From NCBI GenBank assembly GCA_965203515.1, contig OZ241907.1, positions 3,008,001 to 3,072,000 of the forward strand: 64,000 nt of DNA. Direction: 5' to 3'. Below, one piece after another: positions 1 to 9,286 of the stretch (positions are counted from its first letter, which is position 1; each line of letters opens with the position of its first letter). Made by a program: the position numbers and the translations under genes. This DNA comes from Spirochaetia bacterium (GTDB lineage: Bacteria; Spirochaetota; Spirochaetia; SZUA-6; Bin103). Below the pieces are notes generated by a model that was given only the letters and a program-made list of their open reading frames with translations, was not told the DNA's origin and did no database searches.

Positions 1-766
1 CGCGCGCCTCGGGCAGCTCGTCGAACACCCCTTCGCAGACCAGGCTCAGCACCTGCGCCTCGAACGCCTGCGACATGCTGGTATGGTCCTCGATGTAGAA
101 CGACGGCCAGCCGCACGCCGTGATCGGGTTGGCCGGCGAGCCGCCGAAGTGGAGTCCGACCGGCAGCCCGGCCGCCGCGGCGGCGCGGAAGATCGGCCTG
201 AACTGCGGCCGACCGTACGGCGCGCTGGAGCGGACCGGCAGCAGCACCTGCACGAACCGTTCGTCGCCGGCAAACTCCTCGATCACCGCCGGCGCACCGT
301 CGGGATCCTCGGGATTGACGCACAGCGAGCCGCGCCAGCGGTCGTCCGTGTCGAGCCAGCGGTCCTGCAGCCAGCGGTTCAGCGCCGGAGTCAGCTCCCG
401 CGCCAAGTGGTGGTTCTTGATGCCGCCCAGGGCGTACAGATTGTTGAGGATGGCGAGGTCGACCGACCACTCGTCGAGGAGCTGTCGGGCCGCGAAGGCG
501 GGGTCGCCGCCCGGACGCCGGCCGGACGGCGGCCAGGCGTCGCGGCGCGACGCCAGCTCGAACACCTTGGGATAGACCGGCGGCGGCGGCCCCTGATAGG
601 CGGTCTGCTCGATCCAGCTCCGCCACCGCCGCGGCAGATAGGGGGTCAGCTCGTGGATGTCGTTGACGTACGGATGGACGTCGCAGTCGATCAGGGTGAG
701 CGCGCGCGGCGCGCCGGCCGGCGCGGCCGCGGGCCGGGCGAGCGGTTCTGCGGTCTGGGTAGCCAT
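1..766 (-). CDS. Amidohydrolase_2-family metal-dependent hydrolase (3' end runs off the window)
   Basis: Not in the ORF track; read by hand from ATG 766: MATQTAEP...LIDCDVHP (metal-binding DxH), ...GLPVGLHFGG...GWPSFYIEDH...EGVFDELP; open to base 1. Confidence 0.8.
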   Translation of the reverse strand, partial: MATQTAEPLARPAAAPAGAPRALTLIDCDVHPYVNDIHELTPYLPRRWRSWIEQTAYQGPPPPVYPKVFELASRRDAWPPSGRRPGGDPAFAARQLLDEWSVDLAILNNLYALGGIKNHHLARELTPALNRWLQDRWLDTDDRWRGSLCVNPEDPDGAPAVIEEFAGDERFVQVLLPVRSSAPYGRPQFRPIFRAAAAAGLPVGLHFGGSPANPITACGWPSFYIEDHTSMSQAFEAQVLSLVCEGVFDELPEAR

Positions 767-773
767 GGGTCCT

Positions 774-2348
774 TCAATCCTGGTCGGCGCACCGGTCACG
801 GCTGTCATCGCGGTAATGGCAGCCGACGCTGCGCGTGTTGTGACAGGCAGCGTACACGACCAGCAAGGCGGTCTGCACCGCGTTGCGCAGATTCAACAGC
901 GGTTTGGAGACCGCGTAGCCGCGGTAGAAGTCATCCACCTGGGCGTGCAGCTCGCGCAGCATGTCCCGCGCGCGCTCGAGCCGCCGGCCGGTGCGGACCA
1001 GACCGACGTAGTTCCACATGGTCGCCTTGATCAGGTTGAGGTCCTGTCGGATCAGGTCCTCATCGGCCTGCACGCGGCGGCCCTCCCACGGCCGCACCTC
1101 CGGCGGCGCGAAGCGGCTGCCGGCACGTTCGGAGGCCGCCGCGGCCGCCGCCTCGCGCGCCATGGTCACGCACTCCAGCAGGGACGTGCTGGCCAGGCGG
1201 TTGGCGCCGTGGAAGCCGGTGCAGGCCGCCTCTCCCACCGCCGACAAGTTGACGATGTTGGTGCGGCCGTACAGGTCGGTGTGCAGGCCGCCGCACGAGT
1301 AATGAGCGGCCGGCACCACCGGGATCGGCTCGCGCGTGATGTCGACGCCGGCGTCGAGGCAGTGCCGGTAGATGGTCGGGAAGCGCTCCGTCACGTAGTC
1401 GGGCTGCAGACCGGAGAGATCGATGAATACGGAGGGCGCGCCGGTGCGGATCATCTCGAAGGTGATCGATCGGGCGATCACGTCGCGCGGCGCCAGCGAC
1501 CCGTCGGGATGATGATCCTCCATGAAGCGCCGGCCGGCGGCGTCGACCAGTTGCCCGCCCTCGCCGCGCACCGCCTCGCTGATCAGGAACGGCGCCGCGT
1601 CCTTTCTGACGAACACGGTCGGGTGGAACTGCACGTACTCCAGGTCGATCACCCGCGCGCCCACGCGGTAGCCCATCGCCACGCCGTGGCCGTACGCGCT
1701 CGGAACGTTGGTCGAGTGGAGATAGAGCTGACCCAGGCCGCCGGTCGCCACTACCGTCCTGGCGGCGGCGATCGCGTACACCTCGCCGGAGGCGACGTCG
1801 AGCACGTAGGCGCCGAAGCAGGTGAGCGGCTCGTACTTGTGCAGCGGGTCGGTCGAGCTGTGCGACAGCGTCAGGAGGTCGACGGCCACGGTGTGCTCGG
1901 CAAGGCGGATGCGCGGCGAGGCGGCGACCGCCCGGTGCAGGGCGGTCACGATCGCCTTGCCGGTCCGGTCCTTGGCGAACAGGATGCGCGCCGCGGAGTG
2001 AGCGGCCTCGCGCGTCATGCGCAGCTCGCCGCTGCGGCCGCGGTCGAACGGGACTTCGAGCTCTTCCACCAGCTCGCGCACCGCCGCTCCGCCCCGCTCG
2101 ACGATGAAGTCGACCGCGCGCGGATTGGCGGCGCCGGCGCTGGCGGTCATGACGTCGGCGCGCAACGACTGCGGGTCGACCGCCGGATCGACGATGCCGC
2201 CCTGCGCGCGCGCGCTGTTGCACTCGGCGGCGCTCGACTCGCTCGACAGCAGCATGCAGTCCAGGCCGGCCTTGGCCGCCTGGTACGCGTAGGCAGCGCC
2301 GGCCAAGCCGCTCCCGATCACCAGGCAATCGGTGCGGACCGTGCGCAT
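774..2348 (-). CDS. nadB: L-aspartate oxidase
   Basis: ATG 2348: MRTVRTDCLVIGSGLAG (FAD Rossmann), AQGGI, EAAHS, QFHPT, SEAVRGEG, PAAHYSCGG, HGANRLASTSLLE; operon with nadC/nadA. Confidence 0.95.
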   Translation of the reverse strand: MRTVRTDCLVIGSGLAGAAYAYQAAKAGLDCMLLSSESSAAECNSARAQGGIVDPAVDPQSLRADVMTASAGAANPRAVDFIVERGGAAVRELVEELEVPFDRGRSGELRMTREAAHSAARILFAKDRTGKAIVTALHRAVAASPRIRLAEHTVAVDLLTLSHSSTDPLHKYEPLTCFGAYVLDVASGEVYAIAAARTVVATGGLGQLYLHSTNVPSAYGHGVAMGYRVGARVIDLEYVQFHPTVFVRKDAAPFLISEAVRGEGGQLVDAAGRRFMEDHHPDGSLAPRDVIARSITFEMIRTGAPSVFIDLSGLQPDYVTERFPTIYRHCLDAGVDITREPIPVVPAAHYSCGGLHTDLYGRTNIVNLSAVGEAACTGFHGANRLASTSLLECVTMAREAAAAAASERAGSRFAPPEVRPWEGRRVQADEDLIRQDLNLIKATMWNYVGLVRTGRRLERARDMLRELHAQVDDFYRGYAVSKPLLNLRNAVQTALLVVYAACHNTRSVGCHYRDDSRDRCADQD

Positions 2349-3187
2349 CAGTCCGCTTCCAGTTCCAGGCTCAGGTCGACCCGCCGCACCGCGCCGGTCA
2401 GCGCGCTGGTCGAGATCACGTCGACTCCCGCCTCGGCGTAGGCGCGCGCGTTGTCGAGCCGGATCGATCCGGACGCCTCGGTGACGGCGCGGCCGGCGAC
2501 CGCCTCCACGGCCGCGCGCACCTGGGCCGGCGACATGTTGTCGAGCAGGATCACCTCCGCCCCGGCGTCCAACGCCTCGGCGAGCTGCTCCATGGTCTCC
2601 ACCTCCACCTCGACGCGGGCCACGTGCGGCGCGCGCGCACGCACCCGCTGCACGGCGGCGCGGACGCCGCCGGCCGCGGCGAGGTGATTGTCCTTGATCA
2701 GGGCGCAGTCGGCGAGCGTGCTGCGGTGCGGCCGGCCGCCGCCGCAGCGCACGGCGTGCTTCTCCAACGCCCGCAGGCCGGGCGTGGTCTTGCGCGTGTC
2801 GCAGACGGCGGCGCCGGTGCCGGCGATGGCCGCGCAGAAGGCGCTGGTGACGGTGGCGACCCCCGACAGGTGCTGCAGGAAGTTGAGCGCCACCCGCTCG
2901 GCGGCCAGGATCGACCGCACGGCGCCGGTGACCAGCATGACCGGGCGCGGCGGCGTCACCGGTTCGCCGTCGGCGGCGACCTGCTCGATGGCCAGATCGG
3001 GGTCGACCGCCCGGAAGGCGTGCGCGGCGACCTGCGCGCCGCACAGGGTGAGGGGTTCCCGCGCCAGGATGCGCGCGCGGCCGCGCCGCGCGGCGCTGAC
3101 GACCGCCTCGGTGGTTATGTCCCCGTACGCCAGGTCTTCCCGAAGCGCCGCGGTGACGGCCGCCTCGACGATCGGGCGGCTGAGCAT
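2348..3187 (-). CDS. nadC: Nicotinate-nucleotide diphosphorylase (quinolinate phosphoribosyltransferase)
   Basis: ATG 3187; EDLAYGDITT, ERVALNFLQHLSGVAT, DTRKTTPGLR, LIKDNH, ILLDNM, EASG. Confidence 0.95.
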   Translation of the reverse strand: MLSRPIVEAAVTAALREDLAYGDITTEAVVSAARRGRARILAREPLTLCGAQVAAHAFRAVDPDLAIEQVAADGEPVTPPRPVMLVTGAVRSILAAERVALNFLQHLSGVATVTSAFCAAIAGTGAAVCDTRKTTPGLRALEKHAVRCGGGRPHRSTLADCALIKDNHLAAAGGVRAAVQRVRARAPHVARVEVEVETMEQLAEALDAGAEVILLDNMSPAQVRAAVEAVAGRAVTEASGSIRLDNARAYAEAGVDVISTSALTGAVRRVDLSLELEAD

Positions 3188-3198
3188 GCTGCCGGCGC

Positions 3199-4293
3199 TC
3201 AGGCGGCCAGCTCGAACATGCGGTCGATGCTCGCCTTGGCGGCGCGGGCGATCTGCGGATCGACCTCGATCACCTGATCCGGTTCGGGGTCGACCAGCAC
3301 GTCGCGAATCTTGGCCAGGCTGTTGAGCTTCATGTACGGGCACAGGCGGCAGGAGCCGATGAAGCGCAGGCCGGGATTCTCCGCCTCCAGTCGGCCGACC
3401 AGCCCGCATTCGGTAAGCATCATGAAGTAGGGGGCGTCGGTGTCCCGCACATGGTCGAGCATCGCCTGCGTGCTGCCCACGAAGTCGCTGGCCGCCGTCA
3501 CCTCCGGGGTGCATTCCGGATGGCTGATCACGTGCAGGCCGGGAAAGCGGGCGCGCTCGTGCGCGATTCCCTCGACGGTGAATTGATCGTGCACCAGGCA
3601 GGTGCCGGAGGAACTGACGACCTGCTTGTCGCTGCCGCGCGCGCGCAGGTCGCGCTGCAGGTTGGCGGCCATGATGCGGTCCGGGACGAACAGGATGCGC
3701 CGCTCCGGCAGGCGCTCCAGTATCTTGAGGGCGTTGCCGGAGGTGACGCACACGTCGCTTTCCGCCTTCACCTCCGCCGAGCTGTTGATATAGGTGACGA
3801 CCGCGGCGTCCGGATGCTCGGCCTTGAGCGCCCGCAGCTCCGCGGCGGTGAGGGAGTCGGCCAGCGAGCAGCCGGAGGCGATGTCCGGCACCAGCACGGT
3901 CGCGTGCGGCTTGAGGATCTTGGCGGTCTCCGCCATGAAGACCACGCCGGCGAAGACGATCACGTCCGCGTCGCTGTTGCGCGCCTCCAGGGCCAGCGCG
4001 TAGGAGTCGCTCTTGAAGTCGGCGACACCGTACACGATCTCCGCATCGACGTAGGAGTGCGCCAGCACGATCGCGTTGCGACGCTCCTTGAGGCGGTTGA
4101 TCTCACTCGTGAGCGGCGCGATCTCCCGGCAGTGCTCCAGGGTCCAGCGAGTCCCCGGCCGGCAGTCGACGTTCATCAGCACGGTGAACAGCCGTTCAGC
4201 CTCCCGTTCCACCGCGGCGGGGGACGCTTCTGCGGTGACCAGCGGACCAGCCGTGACCGTTGGACTGGCGGTCATCGGCCTAGACGTACTCAT
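3199..4293 (-). CDS. nadA: Quinolinate synthase
   Basis: LAHSY, GVVFMAETAKIL, GCSLAD, YINSSAEVKA, CLVH, HPEC, CPYMK (three Fe-S Cys); start uncertain (ATG 4293 or 4275). Confidence 0.93.
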   Translation of the reverse strand: MSTSRPMTASPTVTAGPLVTAEASPAAVEREAERLFTVLMNVDCRPGTRWTLEHCREIAPLTSEINRLKERRNAIVLAHSYVDAEIVYGVADFKSDSYALALEARNSDADVIVFAGVVFMAETAKILKPHATVLVPDIASGCSLADSLTAAELRALKAEHPDAAVVTYINSSAEVKAESDVCVTSGNALKILERLPERRILFVPDRIMAANLQRDLRARGSDKQVVSSSGTCLVHDQFTVEGIAHERARFPGLHVISHPECTPEVTAASDFVGSTQAMLDHVRDTDAPYFMMLTECGLVGRLEAENPGLRFIGSCRLCPYMKLNSLAKIRDVLVDPEPDQVIEVDPQIARAAKASIDRMFELAA

Positions 4294-4315
4294 AACCGGA
4301 GCCGCTGTCAACGGT

Positions 4316-6127
4316 TTACGACCGGTCCGGCGGGCGGTCGGCCAGCGCCAGCATCTGCACCCGGTAGAGCTTGGCGTACACCCCGTCTTGGGCGAGCAGG
4401 CGATCGTGGCCGCCCTCCTCGGCCAGCTTCCCGTCGTGCAGGACCAGGATGCGATCGACCGACCGGATCGTCGACAGCCGGTGGGCGATCACGACCGCGG
4501 TGCGCCCGGCAAGCAGGGTGGCGGTGGCGTCCTCGATGAGGCGCTCCGACTCCGCGTCGATGCTGGAGGTCGCCTCGTCCATGATCACCACGTCGGGATC
4601 GCGCACGAACGCGCGCGCGAACGACAGGAGCTGCTTCTGTCCGGTCGACAGGGACTTGCCCTCCTCCAGCACCTCCTGGTCGTAGCCGCGCGGCAGCGAC
4701 CGGATGAACGCATCCAGATTGACCGCCTGCGCCGCCTCCATCACCCGGGCGCGGCTCACGGATCGGTCGAACAGGGCGATGTTGTCGTGCACGGTGCCGC
4801 TGAACAGGAACAGCGACTGGGGAATGGTGACGATCCGCCGGCGCAACTCGCCCGCCGCGATCCGGCGCACGTCGACGCCGTCGACCTCCACCGTGCCGCG
4901 ATCGACGTCGTACAACCGGTTGATCAGGTTGATCACCGTCGACTTGCCGGAGCCGGTGCTGCCGACCAGCGCGATCCGCTCGCCCGGCCGCACCTGGAAC
5001 GACAGGTCGGTGAAGATCGGCGTTCCCGGCGTATAGGCAAAGCTGACGCCGCGAAACGCCACGCCGGCGCCCTGCTCGCCGCGCGGCGGCGGCGGTACGG
5101 CCGGGCCGGCCATGGCGATCGATTCGCCGCGGTCGAGCATGGCAAAGATGCGCTCGGAAGCCGCCATCGCCGACTGGAAGCTGTTGAACTTCTCCGCGAG
5201 CTGGCGCAGCGGCATGAACAGCATGGTGATGTAGCCGGCAAAGGCGAACACGTCGCCGACCTGAACGGAGACGCCGATGGTGAGATGCGCGGCCAGCATC
5301 ACCGTGAGCATGCCGACGTGGGTGACCACCTCTATGGTGGGGAAGTACCGCGAGAAGGCGCGGACGACGACCAGATAGGAGCGCAGGTAGTCGCGGTTGT
5401 GCTCCCGGAAGTCGGCCAGGCTGCGCGCCTGATGGTTCAGCACCGTGATCTCGCGGATGCCGGTGACCGTCTCCGACAGCGACGTGTTGATCGCCGCGTT
5501 GGCGGCGCGCACGCCGCGGAAGCCGCGGCGCAGGGCATTCCGAAAGGCGACCGTGGCGACCGCGAACAGCGGCAGGGTGACGAAGGTGACGGCCGCCAGA
5601 GCCGGATTGATCAGCAGCATCGCGCCCAGGATGAACAGGACCTTCACCGAGTCTCCCAGGATGTTGACGATGCCGTCGGCGATGAACTGGCGGACCGCCT
5701 CCACGTCGTTGGTGACGTTGGTGAGGGTCGCCCCTACCGGCGTGCGGTCGAAGTAGTCGTTGCCGAGCCGCAGCACCTTGCGCAGCAGGTCCAGGCGCAG
5801 GTCGAACAGCAGCCGCTGACCGAGTATCTCGACGATCACCGTGAACCCCACCTGGGTGACGAACCGGCCGACCAGCGCCGCGGCCAGCAGCAGCGCCGTC
5901 GTGCGCAGGCCGCGCAGGTCGCCGGCGGCGACGTCCCGGTCGATGCCGAGCTTGACCAGCGCCGGCACCGACACCTGCAGCAGATCGGTCGCCAGCATGG
6001 CGGCCAGCGAAGCGCCGACCAGCGCCCGGTGGCCCAGCACGTAGGCGCCGAGCCGGCGGGTGAGGCGGAAGTCCAGCCCGCTCTCGCCGGCCCGCGTCCC
6101 TGCCGGCGGCGCGGGACCGCCGCTCAC
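4316..6127 (-). CDS. ABC exporter half-transporter (TMD + NBD)
   Basis: GTG 6127 overlaps the upstream TGA; TM helices, GSTGSGKST, LSTGQKQ, IMDEATS, IAHRLST. Confidence 0.9.
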   Translation of the reverse strand: MSGGPAPPAGTRAGESGLDFRLTRRLGAYVLGHRALVGASLAAMLATDLLQVSVPALVKLGIDRDVAAGDLRGLRTTALLLAAALVGRFVTQVGFTVIVEILGQRLLFDLRLDLLRKVLRLGNDYFDRTPVGATLTNVTNDVEAVRQFIADGIVNILGDSVKVLFILGAMLLINPALAAVTFVTLPLFAVATVAFRNALRRGFRGVRAANAAINTSLSETVTGIREITVLNHQARSLADFREHNRDYLRSYLVVVRAFSRYFPTIEVVTHVGMLTVMLAAHLTIGVSVQVGDVFAFAGYITMLFMPLRQLAEKFNSFQSAMAASERIFAMLDRGESIAMAGPAVPPPPRGEQGAGVAFRGVSFAYTPGTPIFTDLSFQVRPGERIALVGSTGSGKSTVINLINRLYDVDRGTVEVDGVDVRRIAAGELRRRIVTIPQSLFLFSGTVHDNIALFDRSVSRARVMEAAQAVNLDAFIRSLPRGYDQEVLEEGKSLSTGQKQLLSFARAFVRDPDVVIMDEATSSIDAESERLIEDATATLLAGRTAVVIAHRLSTIRSVDRILVLHDGKLAEEGGHDRLLAQDGVYAKLYRVQMLALADRPPDRS

Positions 6128-7863
6128 CGCAACGCCTCCTCGAGCTGCTGCAGCTCCGCCAGCCGGGCGTAGCGGCCGCCGGCGCGCAGCAACCGCCGGT
6201 GCGAGCCGGCCTCCACCACCGTGCCGCCCTCCATGACGGCGATGCGGTCGGCGAGCTGCAGCGCCGACACCCGATGGGAGACGATCACGATCGTACGCAA
6301 CGTCCGCAGGGCGCGCAGATTGGTGAGGATCACCGTCTCGGTATCGGCGTCGACCGACGACAGGGCGTCGTCCAGGATCAACAGGTCGCTGTCCCGCACC
6401 AGCGCCCGCGCGATCGCCACCCGCTGGCGCTGCCCCCCGGACAGGGTGATGCCGCGCTCGCCCACCACCGTATCGTAGCCGTCCGGGAAGCGCGTGACGT
6501 CGTCGTCGACCGCCGCCAGGCGGGCGGCGGCGGCGATCCGCTCGCGGGATACCTGCCGCTCGCTGCCCATGGCGATGTTCTCGGCGACGGTGGCGGAGAA
6601 CAGGAACGGCTCCTGCGGGACGTAGGCGATGCGGCTGCGATAGACGAACGGATCGATCGCCGCGGCGTCGACCCCGTTGAAGGCCAGCGCGCCGGCCGAC
6701 GGCGCGGCGATGCCGGCCAGCAGCAGCACCAGCGAGCTCTTGCCGCTGCCAACGCCGCCGGTGACGCCGAGCGTCCGGCCCGCCTCGATGGTCAGGTCGA
6801 CGCCGCCGAGCGCGTCCCGGTCGGCGTTGGGAAAGCGGTACGCCACGCCGCGCGCGGTCACGGCCAGCGGCCCGGCCGGCACCGGCCGCGGATGAGCCGG
6901 GCGGGCGGCGACCGGATGGTCCAGGATCGTGCGGATGCGCTCCATGGCGCTCACCCCCTGCTGAATGAGCGCGGTCACCCAGCCGAGCGACAGGACCGGG
7001 AAGGTGAGCACGGCCACGATCGCGCTGAACTGCAGCAGCTCGCCGATCGTGAGGGCGCCGCGGATCACCGCGCCGCCGCCCAGGAGCAGGAGCAGCAGCG
7101 TGGCCAACCCGTACAGGAACTGCAGCAACGGCCACAGCACGCCGCGCGTGCGCGCCAGCACCACGTTGGCGGCGACGTAGCGCCGGTTGAGGTCACCGAA
7201 GCGCTCGGTCTCCGAGGCGGCGAGCCCGTACAGCTTGACGGTGTTGATGCCGGTGACGATCTGCCACACGCGGTCGTTGATGGCGGCGACCAGCTCCTGC
7301 ACGCGGCGAAAGCGGGGCCGGAGCCGCGGCGTGACGACGATGATCACGGCGACCAGCACAGCCATCAGCGCACCCAGGGCGGCGGCCAGGGCCGCGTGCA
7401 AGCCGACCAGTACGGGGGCGAACAGCGCCAGCCGCGACAGCGCGTCCGGCACGTACATGATGCCGGGGCCGAGCAGGGTGCGCACGTCGTTCAGATCGTT
7501 GGTGCAGCGGGAGATGATGTCGCCGGTGCGGCGGCGCTGATAGAAGTCGAAGTCGAGCGCCAGCAGCTTGCGGTACAGCAGATCGCGCAGCTCGTACTCG
7601 ACGTCGCGCGACACGCCGATGATGAGCCGCCGCATGCCGAACATGCAGACGCCCACGCCGGCGGCGAAGGCGAACGCCCAGGCGATCAGCCGCAGCACGA
7701 CCGCGCGCTCGTTGGCGCCGGCGGCGATCTCGTCCAGGAGCTGCCGGAGCAGCTCCGAACCCCGCAACAGGGCGTAGTTCTGGCCGATCATGCAGACGAA
7801 GCCGAGCAGCAGCCGGCCGGCGCGGCGCCGCAGCGCCGGAAGGAGGATGGAGAGGCTTTTGAT
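6124..7863 (-). CDS. ABC exporter half-transporter (TMD + NBD), partner subunit
   Basis: GGVGSGKSS, LSGGQRQR, degenerate Walker B ILDDALS (typical of heterodimeric exporters); first ATG is 7791 but the frame is open upstream, so a non-canonical ATC start at 7863 is proposed. Confidence 0.85.
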   Translation of the reverse strand: MKSLSILLPALRRRAGRLLLGFVCMIGQNYALLRGSELLRQLLDEIAAGANERAVVLRLIAWAFAFAAGVGVCMFGMRRLIIGVSRDVEYELRDLLYRKLLALDFDFYQRRRTGDIISRCTNDLNDVRTLLGPGIMYVPDALSRLALFAPVLVGLHAALAAALGALMAVLVAVIIVVTPRLRPRFRRVQELVAAINDRVWQIVTGINTVKLYGLAASETERFGDLNRRYVAANVVLARTRGVLWPLLQFLYGLATLLLLLLGGGAVIRGALTIGELLQFSAIVAVLTFPVLSLGWVTALIQQGVSAMERIRTILDHPVAARPAHPRPVPAGPLAVTARGVAYRFPNADRDALGGVDLTIEAGRTLGVTGGVGSGKSSLVLLLAGIAAPSAGALAFNGVDAAAIDPFVYRSRIAYVPQEPFLFSATVAENIAMGSERQVSRERIAAAARLAAVDDDVTRFPDGYDTVVGERGITLSGGQRQRVAIARALVRDSDLLILDDALSSVDADTETVILTNLRALRTLRTIVIVSHRVSALQLADRIAVMEGGTVVEAGSHRRLLRAGGRYARLAELQQLEEALR

Positions 7864-7884
7864 GAGAGGTTCCGAGCGACGCCG

Positions 7885-7893
7885 ATTCTAGCA
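7885..7893 (-). promoter_or_regulatory. Extended -10 element (TGCTAGAAT) upstream of the ABC-nad cluster
   Basis: TGn-TAGAAT in an otherwise very GC-rich intergenic region, ~20 nt before the proposed start. Confidence 0.5.
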
Positions 7894-7983
7894 CACCGCC
7901 GAGACCGGACGGCAGCGACCGGCGAGAGCCGGGACGCGACCAACCATGGCGATGCCGTCCCGCTGCCCTTGCCGTGAATTACG

Positions 7984-8022
7984 ATCCTGAGTAACTTTAC
8001 TCACAAGGCAGCTACTCAGGAT
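7984..8022. promoter_or_regulatory. Palindromic operator-like site and overlapping inverted repeat
   Basis: TGAGTAA-CT-TTACTCA at 7988-8003; ATCCTGAGTA (7984-7993) is the exact reverse complement of TACTCAGGAT (8013-8022), which covers the RBS and start codon. Confidence 0.65.
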
Positions 8023-9286
8023 GACAGGCATCTTCGAACGCCGTCAGGTAGAGACCCTCTGCCGGCGACTCGCCGAACCTCCGAACCGGATGATCGCCCT
8101 GCTCGGGCCGCGGCGGACCGGCAAGACGACCATTGCGCAGCAGGCGCTACGCCGAATCGACCGCCACAGCCGCTACTTGGCGATCGATGAGCCGGACTCC
8201 GCCGCGATCCGCCCGCCGTTCGATGCGGGGGGACCGCTGGTCCGGGCATCGCACGAGCGGAACGCGCGATGGCTGGTACGCAACTGGGAAGCAGCGCGTC
8301 TCGAGGCGGAACGGCAGGGCGGCTCCGTGCTGGTGCTGGACGAGATTCAGAAGATTGATCAGTGGTCGGCAACGGTCAAGGGATTGTGGGATGCCGACCG
8401 CTCCAGAGGCTGCCCGTTGCACGTCGTGATCCTCGGTTCGGCGCCGCTGCTGATGCAGTCGGGATTGAGCGAGAGCCTGGCCGGCCGCTTCGAGCCGATT
8501 CGCGTTACCCATTGGTCGTTCGCGGAAATGACGGCCGCGTTCGGCTTCGACCTGCAGGACTACCTGTACTTCGGCGGCTACCCGGAAGCCGCCGGTCTGC
8601 TGGGCGACGAGGATCGCTGGCGCGACTACCTGCTCGGCGCGGTGGTGGAACCGAACATCGAGCGCGACATCCTGGCGTTGACGCGGGTCGACAAGCCGGC
8701 GCTCCTGAAGCGGCTCTTCGAGTTGGGCGCCGCCTGGTCCGGGCAGATCCTGGCGTTCAACAAGATGCTCGGCCAACTCGACGACGCCGGCAACACGACC
8801 ACGCTGGCGCGGTACCTCGACCTGCTGGCCGCGGCCGGGCTGGTCGCCGGCCTGCCGAAATACGTCGGCACCGCGGCCGGGCGCCGCGCCTCCAGTCCCA
8901 AGCTCAACGTGCTCAACACCGCCCTGATGACCGCCGGCTCCGGCTACTCCTTCGACGAAGCCGCGGCCGACCGGACCTTCCGGGGACGGATCGTCGAGAG
9001 CGCGGTAGGCGCCCACCTGTACAACACCGCGGCGTCCAACGTGCGCCTGCACTATTGGCGGCAAGGTTCGCACGAGGTCGACTTCGTCCTGCAGCGCGGC
9101 CCGACACTGGTCGCCATAGAGGTCAAGAGCCGCGCCCGGCGCGGTGGAATGGCCGGTACGCCGGCCGGCATGAAGGCGTTCGAACAGCGGTATCGCCCGC
9201 GCCGCTCACTGCTTGTCGGAGGGGACGGCATACCGCTGGAAGAGTTCCTGACGCAACCCGCCGGCCATTGGTTCGAAGAAGCATGA
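8021..9286 (+). CDS. AAA_14-type ATPase with DUF4143-like C-terminal nuclease-fold domain
   Basis: GPRRTGKTT, VLDEIQK, ILGSA, ESLAGR, YFGGYP; C-terminal YWRQGSHEVDFV...AIEVKS. Confidence 0.85.
   Translation: MTGIFERRQVETLCRRLAEPPNRMIALLGPRRTGKTTIAQQALRRIDRHSRYLAIDEPDSAAIRPPFDAGGPLVRASHERNARWLVRNWEAARLEAERQGGSVLVLDEIQKIDQWSATVKGLWDADRSRGCPLHVVILGSAPLLMQSGLSESLAGRFEPIRVTHWSFAEMTAAFGFDLQDYLYFGGYPEAAGLLGDEDRWRDYLLGAVVEPNIERDILALTRVDKPALLKRLFELGAAWSGQILAFNKMLGQLDDAGNTTTLARYLDLLAAAGLVAGLPKYVGTAAGRRASSPKLNVLNTALMTAGSGYSFDEAAADRTFRGRIVESAVGAHLYNTAASNVRLHYWRQGSHEVDFVLQRGPTLVAIEVKSRARRGGMAGTPAGMKAFEQRYRPRRSLLVGGDGIPLEEFLTQPAGHWFEEA

Noticed and set aside
83..2441. Long plus-strand ORFs 83-1030 and 657-2441
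   Set aside because: Antisense shadows of the amidohydrolase and nadB; no motifs; expected in high-GC DNA
8362..9282. N-terminal ~307 aa of the 1657-aa ORF
   Set aside because: Out-of-frame overlap with the AAA/DUF4143 gene, Arg/Pro-rich junk; the real start is the coupled ATG at 9283
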